From positions 1,930,917-1,994,916 of the forward strand of contig NC_068983.1 in the NCBI RefSeq assembly GCF_001194135.2: a stretch of 64,000 bases of DNA, in the 5' to 3' direction. This stretch comes from Octopus bimaculoides. Taxonomy: Eukaryota. The notes under the pieces are model-generated. The model searched no databases and was not told where the DNA came from. It was given only the letters and a program-made list of their open reading frames with translations. Made by a program: the position numbers and the translations under genes. Below are positions 50,865 through 63,656 of this stretch, one piece after another (within the stretch, counting starts at the first letter, position 1; every line of letters starts with the position of its first letter).

Positions 50865-52181
50865 ATGCATATATTTGAAGTTTCCACAGAGTTTAACCTC
50901 AAAAACGGTTCCGGTTTCGATATGAATGAAAGCTCCTATGAAACTGATATTAAATCTCCTGCTTGGACAGCAGACATAGTGGAAAGGATTATGTCCGTAG
51001 CTATCATCATGATTGCAACGATTGTTGGAAACCTAACTTTAATCGCAGCCATATTCTGGAAACGTTCTCGTCTTGTAAAAAGAGTAAATATATTTCTTGT
51101 GAACTTAGCTATTGGCGATTTGACAGTCGCAATGATTACAATGACCACAGAAATACTTTTTATTGCATTCGGAGAATGGATATTAGGAGAAGTCGTCTGT
51201 AAGATCAGCGTCTATCTGCAAATTGTAACATTGGCAAGTACAACATTTCTGATGACTGGAATGAGTATAGATCGATACCAGGTGATTGTCAAACCTCTGC
51301 AGTCCCTGAGAAAACGTCCAAAGATCCGAACGAAAGTTATTCTAGCCTGGGTGATGGCGTTTATATTCGCACTTCCACAGCTCTTGATTTTTGTCCAAGT
51401 AAAGGAAACAAAATCTGATGGCAGCACGCAGATGAAATGTGTCAGTAAAGGTTATACAGACGAATGGCAACGCAAAGTGTACTTCACCTTTCTCACGGCA
51501 TACATTTTGGTCGTACCAGGAGCAGTGATGTTTTATTGTTACTCGAATATAACACGTGTTGTGTGGAGCAGAGCAAACCATATACCACAAATAACCTATA
51601 ACAACAAATCTATACAAACGACGAACCGCATTTCGATAAACCAGTCTCTTGTTTCGGCCTCCAAACGGCGCGTAGTCACAATGACTTTGACTGTGATTAT
51701 TGGTTTTCTAACATGTCTCACCCCATATTTCATAGTGAACCTCATTAGAATATACAGTAACTACACCATAGGTATGAAGAAATCACTGCACGTTTCCGAA
51801 GCCATCTTTATGACACACAGTGCTCTCAACCCGATTCTTTATGGGATATTTTCATTACGAATGGAACATTTCTACAGAGTAATTAACGTCTGCTTATGCT
51901 TTATACCAGTGAAGAGCGTCATAGAAAGGGACACAAGCGTGGACAGTCTAGGTCATATGAACACTTTAAGTATGTTACAGATTAGGTTTTCACGACTAGG
52001 AAACAGAAACGCTGTTCAAAGTATAAATCAAAAGAAACAATCGTTCCAGAGGAAAAGTTTTCTGCGAAAGAACGTCGGTCATGCAATTAAGACTACGTTT
52101 CATCCGAAATCAAATTCAGTTCAAACAACTTTAGACAATACAAACCTGCGTCCGGTGAGTGGGCTATCGCCTAATGTTTAG
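50865..52181 (+). CDS. Class A (rhodopsin-like) peptide GPCR, vasopressin/oxytocin-GnRH-CCAP/NPS superfamily, uninterrupted coding region
   Basis: Seven hydrophobic segments with GN (TM1), NLAIGD (TM2), GEWILGEVVCK, SIDRY, AWVMAFIFALPQ (superfamily PQ), ECL2 Cys, CLTPYF (TM6) and NPILY (TM7). N-glycosylation sequons NGS and NES; C-tail CLC. First in-frame ATG is 50865; ATG 50922 is an alternative. The supplied track starts at a TTG (50832). Confidence 0.95.
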   Translation: MHIFEVSTEFNLKNGSGFDMNESSYETDIKSPAWTADIVERIMSVAIIMIATIVGNLTLIAAIFWKRSRLVKRVNIFLVNLAIGDLTVAMITMTTEILFIAFGEWILGEVVCKISVYLQIVTLASTTFLMTGMSIDRYQVIVKPLQSLRKRPKIRTKVILAWVMAFIFALPQLLIFVQVKETKSDGSTQMKCVSKGYTDEWQRKVYFTFLTAYILVVPGAVMFYCYSNITRVVWSRANHIPQITYNNKSIQTTNRISINQSLVSASKRRVVTMTLTVIIGFLTCLTPYFIVNLIRIYSNYTIGMKKSLHVSEAIFMTHSALNPILYGIFSLRMEHFYRVINVCLCFIPVKSVIERDTSVDSLGHMNTLSMLQIRFSRLGNRNAVQSINQKKQSFQRKSFLRKNVGHAIKTTFHPKSNSVQTTLDNTNLRPVSGLSPNV

Positions 52182-52392
52182 ACCTGCTTCAAAATGGCAA
52201 AAACTAAAAAATGGAACCAAACAGATATATCCCTCACCTGTCTTCGTCTTTGGTTTTCTGTACATACACGTACATACATATGTATATATATATATGTATA
52301 TATTTATATGTTCATTTCTTAATCTTTCCTTACAACCTGGTCCTTTCTGATAAACCTTTTGGATTCACAGAGGATACTAATTCCATAATTCA

Positions 52393-52398
52393 AATAAA
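52393..52398 (+). terminator. First AATAAA downstream of the GPCR stop (candidate polyA signal)
   Basis: caAATAAAct about 210 nt after the stop. Further AATAAA hexamers occur near 52550 and 52675. AT-rich background makes this weak. Confidence 0.3.
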
Positions 52399-53125
52399 CT
52401 CTTACATAATATCTCATAATTGGAAAAAAAGTAATGTTATCTAAAAGCTTAGACAGGAGCATGTGAGTGCCCGAAAGAAAGAGAAAGTATAAAAATAGAG
52501 GGAGGGATGCTGGAGAGTGAGTATTGAGTACGAAAAAGATGAGAATGAATAATAAAGAGAGAGAGAAAGAGAGAGAGAGGAAATAAAAACATTTTTTAAA
52601 GAAATCAAGGAAAAGAGTGTCCTGCTAAGTGGACAAAACTGATCTGAAAATCTGAATTTTGTTGTCAAGGAATGAATAAATAATGAGCAATGACTAATTA
52701 ATGTCATTAACTACTGAAGAAATAGCTAATAAATATAACACAAATTGTTCAGAATTTAGGCACAATCTAACAGTCTTTAAATAAGGGATTAGCCTATAGC
52801 ATCGACCCCAGTAACTCGTTGGTTCTATATTTTGCCGATGCTAGAGTCGTGGAAGGACAAGTTGAGTTCGGTGAGATTTGAACTCAGAACGTAAAGAGCC
52901 ATCACTGTTGTGGCTCTGCATATGTCACTGACCGTTAACTGTAATATTAAGTAGGATAGAAAATATAACTTATTTACATACTCGCATACACACACGTATA
53001 TATACTGATATACACGCATACACACACATATATATATATATACATACACGAACCTTGTTTTTATATGCATAAATATATATATATGTGCGTGTGTGTGAGT
53101 GTAAAAGAATATGTATTTATGCTTG

Positions 53126-53158
<33 letters not shown>

Positions 53159-53343
53159 ATACATACGCGTTAGTATATATATGATTAAGTATATACCTAC
53201 ATAAATATATATAAATAGAGCAATATACACATTCATACAGATATATGTAAGTTTATATAAAACACACACACGCATTTTTATATACTAATACTTGTATATC
53301 TTTATACGTATGCATATGAGTATCTATCTATCTATCTATCTAT

Positions 53344-53384
<41 letters not shown>

Positions 53385-54398
53385 CACGTATATTTATTAA
53401 GCGAATTATTGGTCAGCCTACCACATACCAATGAGCACTCACTGAGTACGTCTATTCTTCTTCCAACTGTGAAAAATGTCTCAAATTTTCCATTTCTTGC
53501 AACTCTTTGAATGAGCAATGCAGCAGTTATTAGCGTTTGTCAAGCTCTGTGACCCGATTAACCAACGTCAGGCCACCAAAATTTCTCACATCCCTCACGT
53601 GATGGCAAAAAACGTGATCTAAAATACCCGTTGAGTTATTTTACCCACAATCTGTTTTCATTGACACACATCTAAAGGAGTTTATGTCCCCAAAATTCCA
53701 CACGACGGTCTCTTACGAGAGTATCATTCTTTCTTTGTTATATCTATTATTTGACGATACCGTTTCCTGTGACAACCCAGTCATGTCAGACAGGAGATTA
53801 TCTTAATAAAATTACAGAATTATACGTTATTATCCGTCTCTCATTTTTTACATAGAACGATTGTATTGAACGCGTTCGATGAAGCATGTTTCAACAGGGC
53901 TTTCTCAGTCTTGCATTCGCTGCATATAATCTGTAATATTATGATGAAAATACCCGTATGCAGCAATCATTATTATTCAGACGATGCACTCTAAAATTTC
54001 TTATTAAAACCCCACAAGTTTCATCTGCATACAAACTAGTTTACCACGTGCATGGTTTATATCTGTAATATTTTGCTTCAGTGGAGGCATCACTACGTTA
54101 CCTTAAACAATAAATATTATGGTTATTTAATATCGTCTAATTACAGTTGAAAATAAAATGCGTAACATGTCAACACTATACATCCGATTCTGTCGTTGTA
54201 ACAGCATATATAAACATTCAAATCTTATATCTTTTTTAAGTCTACTTCAACCCTGTTGTATTGATAATATTCCTTAAATCTCTTGAATGATGGAATAGGA
54301 GTTCAGAGTTCGGCACTGCTGCAGGCGTCATTGCACCCGTCAAACAACTTTAAAAAAAATGAAATGTAGTCAATTTGGAACTGCCAAAAAATGTCAAT

Positions 54399-54455
<57 letters not shown>

Positions 54456-57134
54456 TTTTATAAGCTTAAAGCAAGCCACCAACGTGCAATGACTAAAGAG
54501 AATAGCTGAATAGAGAGTATATATATAATATATATATATATGTATATATATAATATATTTATGCATGTATGAAATATAAACTTTTTCAAGAAGAGAGTTT
54601 ATGGTGACTTCGAAATTTAGGCCTGCTAGCCTTCATTGGACAAAAGCTAAGAGACCGAAGTTTCGAAGTCACTGCCACCACTTTTCTTGCAAAATCATCA
54701 TACAAAGAAAAAGTACCAAGTAATTATTTAATTTAGCGTTAACTCGAATTGAAAAAAAGCATGTGTGCGTGCATGTCGTTTATATATATATATATATGCA
54801 TGTGTGTGCTTGTGCGTGTGTGTGTGTGTGTATGGGTGCACGCACGTACGTATGTATGTATTATGTATGTCGTTGTGTGCGTCTGTGTATTAATAACGCT
54901 CTCACAAGAGTTACGTAATTCCTTTGTATTTTAACTACTGCCTCACACAGATATTGTTTCCTGTCAATGGGATTTCTAAAACTATTATAAAGTATTCCAT
55001 ACTCATCCCTACAAAGCCATCTGCTCAGTAGCCCCTCCATCCAATAACATTTTTCTCTCCCTCATGTGTTTCCCTCGGCCCACTCTCCATTGATCATTTG
55101 TAAATTATTTCACCCGACAGACAATGCACTAAATATTTTCATTCATCCGTATTTCTATTCCTACGTATCGATAAAAAGAAATAAGATGAATATCAACCCA
55201 GTTCATGACAGAGAATCGTCAACATCACAACAACAATATTCTCCATATGCGTTATAGAGTGTGCATACAATATTAAGGAACCAAACTGAACCAAAGAATC
55301 ACGCGTACCCATGGCCCACAAGTCGCTGGTGGTGAACAAACCCGCCATGAAAATAAAATGATAATTGTTTAAAAGTTTGGCACCACGTCAACCATATCAA
55401 CGGGGACGGGATCGAATATTACATGGATCCCAGCATCTCACTCATACTTTATTTTATCGAACTCCAAAGGATGAAAGGCAAAGTTCAAGCTGGCAGCATT
55501 CGAAAGAAAGAACGATAGAAGAAATGCTGCTAAGCTTTTTGTCCGATATGCTAACGATTCTGCGAGGAAGCTGCCATAGATACCATCAACACGTTTTTCT
55601 AGTTGACTAGAAAACCCGACACATGCAATAGGTGAGACGCGAAATTTCTGTCACAAAACGTATGCATTTATATTTATAACTAATGGACGAGAGTGGGGTT
55701 ATAAGGAAAATGGTATAACGTTGACGGATTGATTTAAAATTCGTTAAATTAAAATTTAAAGAGAAATTAAAAACGTAAAAAATTTAGTATAAACTATCCA
55801 AAGTGTATAGAAACCTCCAACTATTTAGACAGGATCAGACAACTTAACGATTACGACAATTTTCAGATACGGTCCTTGTCTTGAAGCTTGGTACCGCAAT
55901 AATATGTCCTTGAATCAGAGCCGCGTTAGCTGAACCATGAGTTACCTCACAAAGCTCAATCACAATTTTACCACTACAAATGGATCCCAGACATATTTTT
56001 CAACAATTCATCACCTATGGTAACTAGAATCGAAACCCATCTTCTTAAGCAGCGTATTATTACTGGCTCTCTTCTCTGAGACTTTGCTGTAGTTCTTCTT
56101 TCGAATTGTAAACTACAGGCAGCCAGCGCTGTCGGAATCTTCTTTGTAAGTGGCATCCAGTGATTTGTTTCATTTGTACCTGCATTCACCGCTTTTGGCC
56201 CTCAGCGGGCAGAGTTCAAATCTAAGACCTGCTATTCTTATCCGAAATTCTCATTTCTGTATTTCCTTGCCATATGACTCATATATATTTTATTGTCGCA
56301 CTCATTGTAACTGATCCTTTGGCTCTGTATCACTAATTTCACTCTAACTTTGTGTCTACCCTTGGCTATATATAGTTTGCAGGTAGCATTGCGATGTTTG
56401 AGGATCATTAGCATCTGGATGGTCCAAGCAGACATAAATGACCCTAGCAGACAATTGCTTTCTGAGGGTAATCACTCTAGTCACATATATGTCTACTACT
56501 ATGCAAAGGTAAGACCAAGGAATGCTAAAATTATGAGGAAATACATCTGTTCATGGTTTTAGTATTAGAGATACTCATGCATTTCTTCAGAAGCCATTGA
56601 AGAAATGTATACCACGTGATCTCCACACTCCTCGCCACCCCCTCCACATACTTTGAACTTAAAGTTGAAACACACACTTCCATATACACTACGTTGTTTT
56701 CATCATCTTAAGTACTAGCTCTTTTGAACCATTATTATAGACAGCATATATTTTTGGAAACTAGAGGTATACAAAATTTCAACTTGTGCTTTCTTTCATA
56801 AATTGGTCGGAAATAAAAAAAGAAAACACCCCTTTTTTTCCCACCTCTTCATTTACTTCTTTTCCTTGAATTCACATGTCCTGTCGTTTCATTCAATCAA
56901 AGGTTTGTAAAAGAATGCTTATTGTTATCATTATTGACGTCATTCCGGTTTGTATTGGTTTTCTTTCCCTCAATCATGATGATATTTCTGGCGGCACCAT
57001 GTTTTCCGCCCTTCTCTTCTACAAGTATATGTATATCCGTTTAAACGCCAATCTTTAGTCGCGTATTCTTTTTTTTTATATTTTGGTTGTCTCTTTGAAA
57101 AGAAAAGTTTGATTTGATTTTTTTCATTTGAAGA

Positions 57135-57195
57135 CACGGTGGTGCACCAGCATGACCGCAGCCACTTGGCTGAAACACATAAATAAATAAATAAA
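57135..57195 (+). mobile_element. Extremely 5'-truncated CR1-like insertion (3' tail only)
   Basis: About 56 bp identical to the reverse complement of 63661-63716, with an (AAAT)n tail. Confidence 0.8.
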
Positions 57196-57474
57196 ATATA
57201 GAGTGCGTTCGTTTGCTTAATTGTGGATGCTGCTGCCTTGACAGTGTCAAATATTTCTTACAGTTACTCCAGACGTAGGGGACTAGCAACACCCGTAAAT
57301 GTTGCTAATTATTATTTGTTTAATGAAGAAATAAATAAAACGGAATCAGGTAAATGTCTAGAAACAGACAACAACTGCTGCGTAAAGTACTGTCTGACAG
57401 ACGGCCTTGTTCTAACTAAAGAGGCTGTACAAATCCTCGGTGCACAGGATATATTCAATCTGCGACATCAATAA

Positions 57475-57509
<35 letters not shown>

Positions 57510-57519
57510 TCATTTTTCA

Positions 57520-58040
57520 AATATGCAATAGCAGGTAGTTGCTCTCATGGCTCCTGATCTTAACTGATTCGAAGTGTTATCACAAACATTGTTTTATCTT
57601 AGTATAAAAGATGGCTACAGAAAATATTCTGCTCAATATCACATAGTTGCTTGTCAATTGTTTGACCTGAATCAACTGAGCTTGTCCGTTCGTGGCTGAC
57701 GATGGGTGTATCACTGACCACGAGCAGAAGTAGTCGGGAGAGCGTCACAGCCATGTGTTGAGAGGAATTCTGTGGAGTTTGGATAATTCATTCATCAATT
57801 TTAAACAAACTTTATTCAGGGACCTTTTGAGCTGGATGGGTTACTCGACCTGAAGAAGAGTCCAATTGGGCTCCATCTGCAAGGCGATGCGCTGTTGATG
57901 AGAGCATCATGTACCGCCCATATGGTTGGGATGCAAATGCCTGGTATACCCTTATCAGACGAGTAGTTATGATGGCTATACTGGGCTTCGCATATTTTAC
58001 CCCAGTGTCGCCTTGATGGCATGCGATGCTCTCTGACTCA
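57520..58040. mobile_element. Non-coding interspersed repeat associated with (AAT)n, copy 2
   Basis: Homologous to 22030-22505. Preceded by (AAT)n at ~57476-57505 and followed by AAT, (AAG)n, (AAC)n, (GGC)n. Confidence 0.75.
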
Positions 58041-58399
58041 ATAAGAAGAAGAGGAAAAAGAAGAAGAAGAAGAACAACAACAACAACGATAACAGCGGCG
58101 GCGGCGGCGGCAAATACAATTTTAAAAAATTAGAAACACGGAGGGTAGGCATAAGGAATATAAACAATGCATCAGACAGAATTTGCTGAATAAGAGGAAT
58201 AACAGTTAAAAGGTAATCGAGGAAATCGCATTAAACCTTAATGGCCGTCTCCACAAAAAGCAAATGTCGTCGTTTATTGACTGACTCTTAGACTCAAGAA
58301 GCATACTCAGAAGATATCTGTTCAATCGTACCATATTTGTTTCTCTCACCTCAGCCCCACCTTTTAGAGAAACTTATTCTGGGCAGCATCATGCATTTA

Positions 58400-61100
58400 T
58401 CCTTATATTCATTTTTCCTGTGTAAGACAATGACAGCTGACCAAAAAGTAAAATGTCTATCTTCCGTGGCTTCCATCTCGTTCACCACACAAACGTTTTC
58501 GAGATAGCCAACAGATAGAGGTGATTTGACTGCCCTCCCAGGCCAAACGAGGGTGCTGTGGGGATCATTACGATAGACTCAGCTAAAAGCCAGATCCATT
58601 CCAGGTACAACAGCAGCTGTTTGGCAAACTCTACAGATCAGTAATGCCGGGAGACTAAGCGAATGATTGAAGATTTATTTCGTTGCTCTGCGTGAATTTT
58701 ATATAAGTCCGGCTGGCGGTACTTCGGTGTACCTAAACCTTATTCCTACTCGCACTGCCAAGACAAGCCTTTCTGGAACTTATCCCAAGTTCTTTGGTCG
58801 AAAGCTCTTTGGGAAAGACCAGCCAGTAGACCTTAATCCATACCTAGAGTTTCTGCGAGAAACTCTTCATTTCCGCCATCACAAGTCTTGTATAGAATTA
58901 CAAAGTGGGAGTTCTACTGACCGTATTGACCGACCAGTAGAAAACAGTAAGCATTTGGTAGCACCACATGCCCTTCTTGTACTCTGTTTGACGCAAAATT
59001 GTAGCTCAGTCAAAGACAAAGACGGAATATCTGACAAATGGCCAATACATCAGTTCATATCTGTATATCTGTTTCTCTGTATATCAGCAGTCACAATATA
59101 TTGAGTGGGCACAGTATCTCTAGGTAATGGAATTTACTTCAGTCGGAAGCTGAATAGTTAAAATGTTACTTTAGTTTCTGTTTAATCTACTCGTCAGGAA
59201 TGAGGCGTTCAGCTTCTAGTAGCCAGGTCTCTGTGAAATCTATCTAGGTCAACCTTGCAACTAAAAACGTTGTAGTGTGTGTGGCCGAATGGTTGAAATT
59301 GGGGAAATCTTATAATGTTCCTGGCTGCAACCTAAATAAACGTCCTATCAAAAATAGGTTCTAGTAGAATGGATTACTCCGCGTCGACACTGGTACCTTC
59401 CGGAATTCTAATTGGTACCTCTCCGTCAGTTGCAAACGTCTGCTCAGGTTATAGAGCTTTTGCACCATGCACTCCTATCGACAAGCCTCAATTAATCTGG
59501 TGTGCATTATAGATGATGATGTAGTGGCCCACTAGTACTAAAGAGAGAGATGCTTTCAAAGACACTTCCAGCTGACTGAAGATATCTAGCAATCCTGCTA
59601 AGGTCGAGGTATATACGGCCACTAGACCGACAGTGCTATCTTTACTATTGGAGACGATCTATACCTCCGATTTACAGTCCGAAGCCAGGAAGATTGTTCA
59701 CGATTTGAGATCGAGAACTTTCTGAATCAACATTATTATTCCTCCTGATCCAGGTCGGACAAGAGGAGCGTACCTGTCGTATCATCGATGGAAATCTTCG
59801 TATTACTCATTGCTTCTACATCAATATCCAATAACACAAAATCGTTCTGTAAGAAGATTTACTTCAAAGCCAACCTCAAGTTACGTGCTATTTTTCCATG
59901 TAAATCAGAAAAAAATTACGTAAAGACGATCCCTTGCTTTGGTTTAATTGAAGAGCGGAGAATCCAGTCTTCAATATGGGTTGGGCTTCCTTCAATGGAT
60001 CCCTTGCGTCTGGTATGTGTCCGAGTCAAAGGTCTGACACTTCATGACAATGTTTGCAATATCAATACGACAAAGGAATGGCATTTCTGCTGTATGGTCA
60101 GCACATCTTTCCTCGTGTGTATCTATCGTTTTATATTTCTCTTCTATGTATTTCCTCGATTCACTGCTGTTTTGTCTCGATCAGGGAAGTCGAATCAGGT
60201 GTCTTTTGTGCATTTGGCTGTTGCTCTTCTTTTTTACTGAGGTTGTTATAGTGTTTGTTTTCCTGAAATGTTGTTGTTTCAATTTCATTTGTTGTTGTTG
60301 TGCGTTTCCCTATTGCTCTCAAGTGATGACATGGAGAAGCATAGAAATAAATACTGGTATGTTTCTATGTCTGTTCTTATGTGACGCCGTGGATGAGGGT
60401 AAAAAAGGGAGACGTTATGACAGGTTTGGTGGTGCGTTTTGTTGTTGCCTTTGTGACTGCACCTCTCTGTGGAAGTTCTTGATATTGTGGCATTGAGAAA
60501 AATAACGGATTCTCCTTTCATATTTTTTTAGCCGTAGGCAGAGATCTTTTAGACAGTAAGTAGCCTAACATATGTAACATATTGGCTGTCAGCTTTCTAA
60601 CGCCAATAACAACTTCAAACCAAAGGGCTCTATCTGGCAAGTGAATCAGGCCGGTCATGCTTTAGGTTCCCTGCTGGTTGATCTAGTTCAAACCCTCCAT
60701 CCCTTTCCACGAGTACTTTATTTGCTATGTGCCAGCAAAGATATGAGGGTATCAGTATAAATTTCTCGCTTCTGAGAGAGGCTATGCTGCGGTCTTTTCT
60801 CTTCGATACTCGTAGACAGTCTGCCAGCAATTGTGCAGGATTACGTGACATGACTGATAAGAGTCAGAACGGATGTGACGCACTTTTCTACTGAGGCTTG
60901 AGCCGTCCTTTCCTTTCGTCTATACAACCCTAGGCTATCATGCCTCTCCTGGTTTCTTCTATAATGCATTCAGGAAACGCAAGGCTTTTGCTTCTTCTTC
61001 TCCTCGTTAGCAAGGTTTTCGACTGCGATGTGTTTTCCAATTCTACTTCAATCTCTTCCCATATCCTCGATGCTCTGGCAAACTACCCACATTTTTCCCA
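58400..61100 (-). mobile_element. Decayed CR1/Jockey-group LINE, 5' half (ORF1 plus AP endonuclease)
   Basis: FTETWL (AP endonuclease motif) on the minus strand at 59220-59237. Cys/His-spaced ORF1-like remnant around 60100-60520. More GC-rich than the flanks, with many stops. Boundaries approximate. Confidence 0.55.
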
Positions 61101-62083
61101 TTCTTCATAGTAGACTTTGTTATCGTTGCTACTGGTGTTGCTTCTGCTGTAGCCTTTGCTGCTCTTTGTGCTTGCATCACTGGACGAGTGAGTGGATGCA
61201 GCAGTCATTATGGGGGTGGCGGTGGCGGTGACGTTTTTCTTTCTGAATGGAAGAGCGGTGACGTTGGCGGTGACGTTGGCGGTAGCGGCGATAGTTTTAA
61301 AACTGTTGCAGTGTCGACTGCTGTGTTGGTGAAAGTTGTGGTATTTCTCTTCTCTGTAAGAAATCAGTTGCTTACAATAAAAGAGGTAGTTCTTCAACAT
61401 ATTACTCTTTGCTGTCGGTGGTGGTGGTGGTGGTGGTGGGTTATGTTATTATTAAGTTGTTTTGAATATCCAACACGCCTTGTCACAGCTACTTATACAA
61501 TTTGCAATGGATATTAATACAGGGAAATCATTTCCATCACCATTGTTCTGGCTGTGACAGCCCCTCCTTCACAATCATCTCGTCACTGGATCTGACATTT
61601 ACTATGATACGATTTGCTTTTGAGATAATTCGGAATAACATTTTTTTGAAAGATATTTTTGCCACTATGTGGCAATCGAGAGAGTTTCCAGCAGGCCCAG
61701 GTGGGTATTGGTTGGCTGCGACACGAACCAGAAAACAAAAATATAACATTAACACGTTTTTAGATACTTAACCGAATAACAGCTTGCAAACCGTGTTCCA
61801 GTGTGTTTCGCAGATGCATACACTATCAACAACAACGGTAAAAATGACAAGGTTGCCCACAGTAATTTGAGGGGACGGAGCAAGTCTATTAAATTGACGT
61901 CAGTAGATGATTGCCCCAACATTTCATTGACACCGAAAATTTGAAAGACAAAGTGCATCTCGGCTAAACTTAAACTGTCAGAAGAAAAGCCGCTAAGCAT
62001 TTTGACAGAAGGGTCAACGATCCTGCCAGCTCCACGCTCAAATAACAATAACAACTACAACATAACAACAGCTATAATAATAA

Positions 62084-62297
62084 TCTCTTCTACTATAGGC
62101 CAAAGGCCGGAAAATTTGGGGAGGGGCTGGTCGATTACATCGCCCGAAGTGTATAACTGGTACTTATTTCATTGACCCCCGAAAGGATAAATGGCAAAGT
62201 CGACCTCGGTGGAATTTCAACTCAGAACGTGAGGACGGACGAAATACCGCTAAGCGTTTTGCCTGGTGTGCTAACGATTCAATCAGCTAGCAGCCTT
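62084..62297 (-). mobile_element. SINE family B, full length
   Basis: Matches 2543-2758. Flanked by AAC/AAT repeats on one side and AAT then (GAA)n on the other. Confidence 0.85.
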
Positions 62298-62303
62298 AAT
62301 AAT

Positions 62304-62418
62304 AATGAAGCAGAAGGAGAAGAAGGAGAAGAAGAAGAAGAAGCAGAAGAAGAAGAAGCAGAAGAAGAAGAAGCTGAAGAAGAAGAAGCAAAAGAAGAAG
62401 AAGCAGAAGAAGAAGAAC
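62304..62418. repeat. (GAA)n-derived 15-bp tandem repeat (GCAGAAGAAGAAGAA)
   Basis: About 5-6 units directly abutting the SINE and AAT run. Confidence 0.9.
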
Positions 62419-62991
62419 GGTTTTTACGAAATATCGCCATAGAGATTCACCATACTATAAAAGAAAAGAAACGAAATAATATGGTAGAGGCATGAAATAA
62501 TATACAAGACAACATCAGAGAGATGAGAATGTTGAGAAGTATGAGGGCCTCGCCATAGAGATGAAATGATTATGGAGCACAGGGATGAAAAATGTTCCAC
62601 TTGTAATGAAGTATTAATATACACGGCGCCAATTACAGCAAAAGTCATTTCCGTGAATGAGCTCCACAAGGTTGAGTGCCATTAGAAGGGAATACCTTTA
62701 ATGGGCCGATGGAACCATAAAGTGCAAGTACTAACCTGCATTCGGTAAGAATACAATTAAAGAGTATCGAGATTTGAACAGACTTGACGTCACCAATCTC
62801 AGAGAACATCATCACTAAATAAATTTCCAGATTTCATAGGAAGAAAAGTAATCATGTTTTCCATGTTTGGCGCCCAAAATTGATTTCTCAAGAAACACAT
62901 TTAGACAAATCATTCGACAACCAATAGCTTACACAGGAATACGCATATCATATACATACATTAATACACACACAAACACCTATACATGTGT

Positions 62992-63026
<35 letters not shown>

Positions 63027-63656
63027 TGTATATATATATATATGTATATATATATACGTATATATATATAAGATATATGTATATATATATAAGTATATAT
63101 ATATAATATATATGTATATATANNNNNNNNNNNNNNNNNNNNNNNNNNNNNNNNNNNNNNNNNNNNNNNNNNNNNNNNNNNNNNNNNNNNNNNNNNNNNN
63201 NNNNNNNNNNNNNNNNNNNNNNTATTAATAAATATGTAAATGTGTATCTTTATATTTTGATGAGTGTGTATGTATGCGTTTGTATTCGTCATATGTTTTT
63301 CTATGAATATGTTTACGTTTACAAGTCACATGTTTGAGTGTGAAAGCCTGATTCCATGTAAACATAAATACGTTAAATGTTGTAGGACTTTCTTTTTAGG
63401 TTAACATGTTTTTTTTTGTTTTTTTTTTTTTTTTTTTTTTTTTTGCTGCGCATCTTATCGTAAACCTCCTGAAGAGATCGGTGCACTGCTGACCATTATC
63501 TATCCAGCAGGATATTTTGGGGTGTCCACGTCGAAACGGGTGTTGAGGAATTCATGATATATATGGACTAACAACATCTCGAGCGTCCGTCTCCTTTTTA
63601 TCATATAATATATTATACACACATACATACACACAAACGTATATATATATATATAT

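Noticed and set aside
61188-61517. ORF with Gly-rich and poly-Trp runs (ggcggtgacgtt x3, (GGT)n)
   Set aside because: Low-complexity trinucleotide drift next to a decayed LINE. No domain signature.
61500-61760. PEQWWK..FP on the minus strand, reminiscent of a hAT dimerisation domain
   Set aside because: Too short and unsupported by TIRs or other transposase motifs.
62172-62495. 107-aa ORF with a poly-Glu tract
   Set aside because: The N-terminal part is antisense SINE family B and the acidic tract is a (GAA)n-derived repeat. No gene context.
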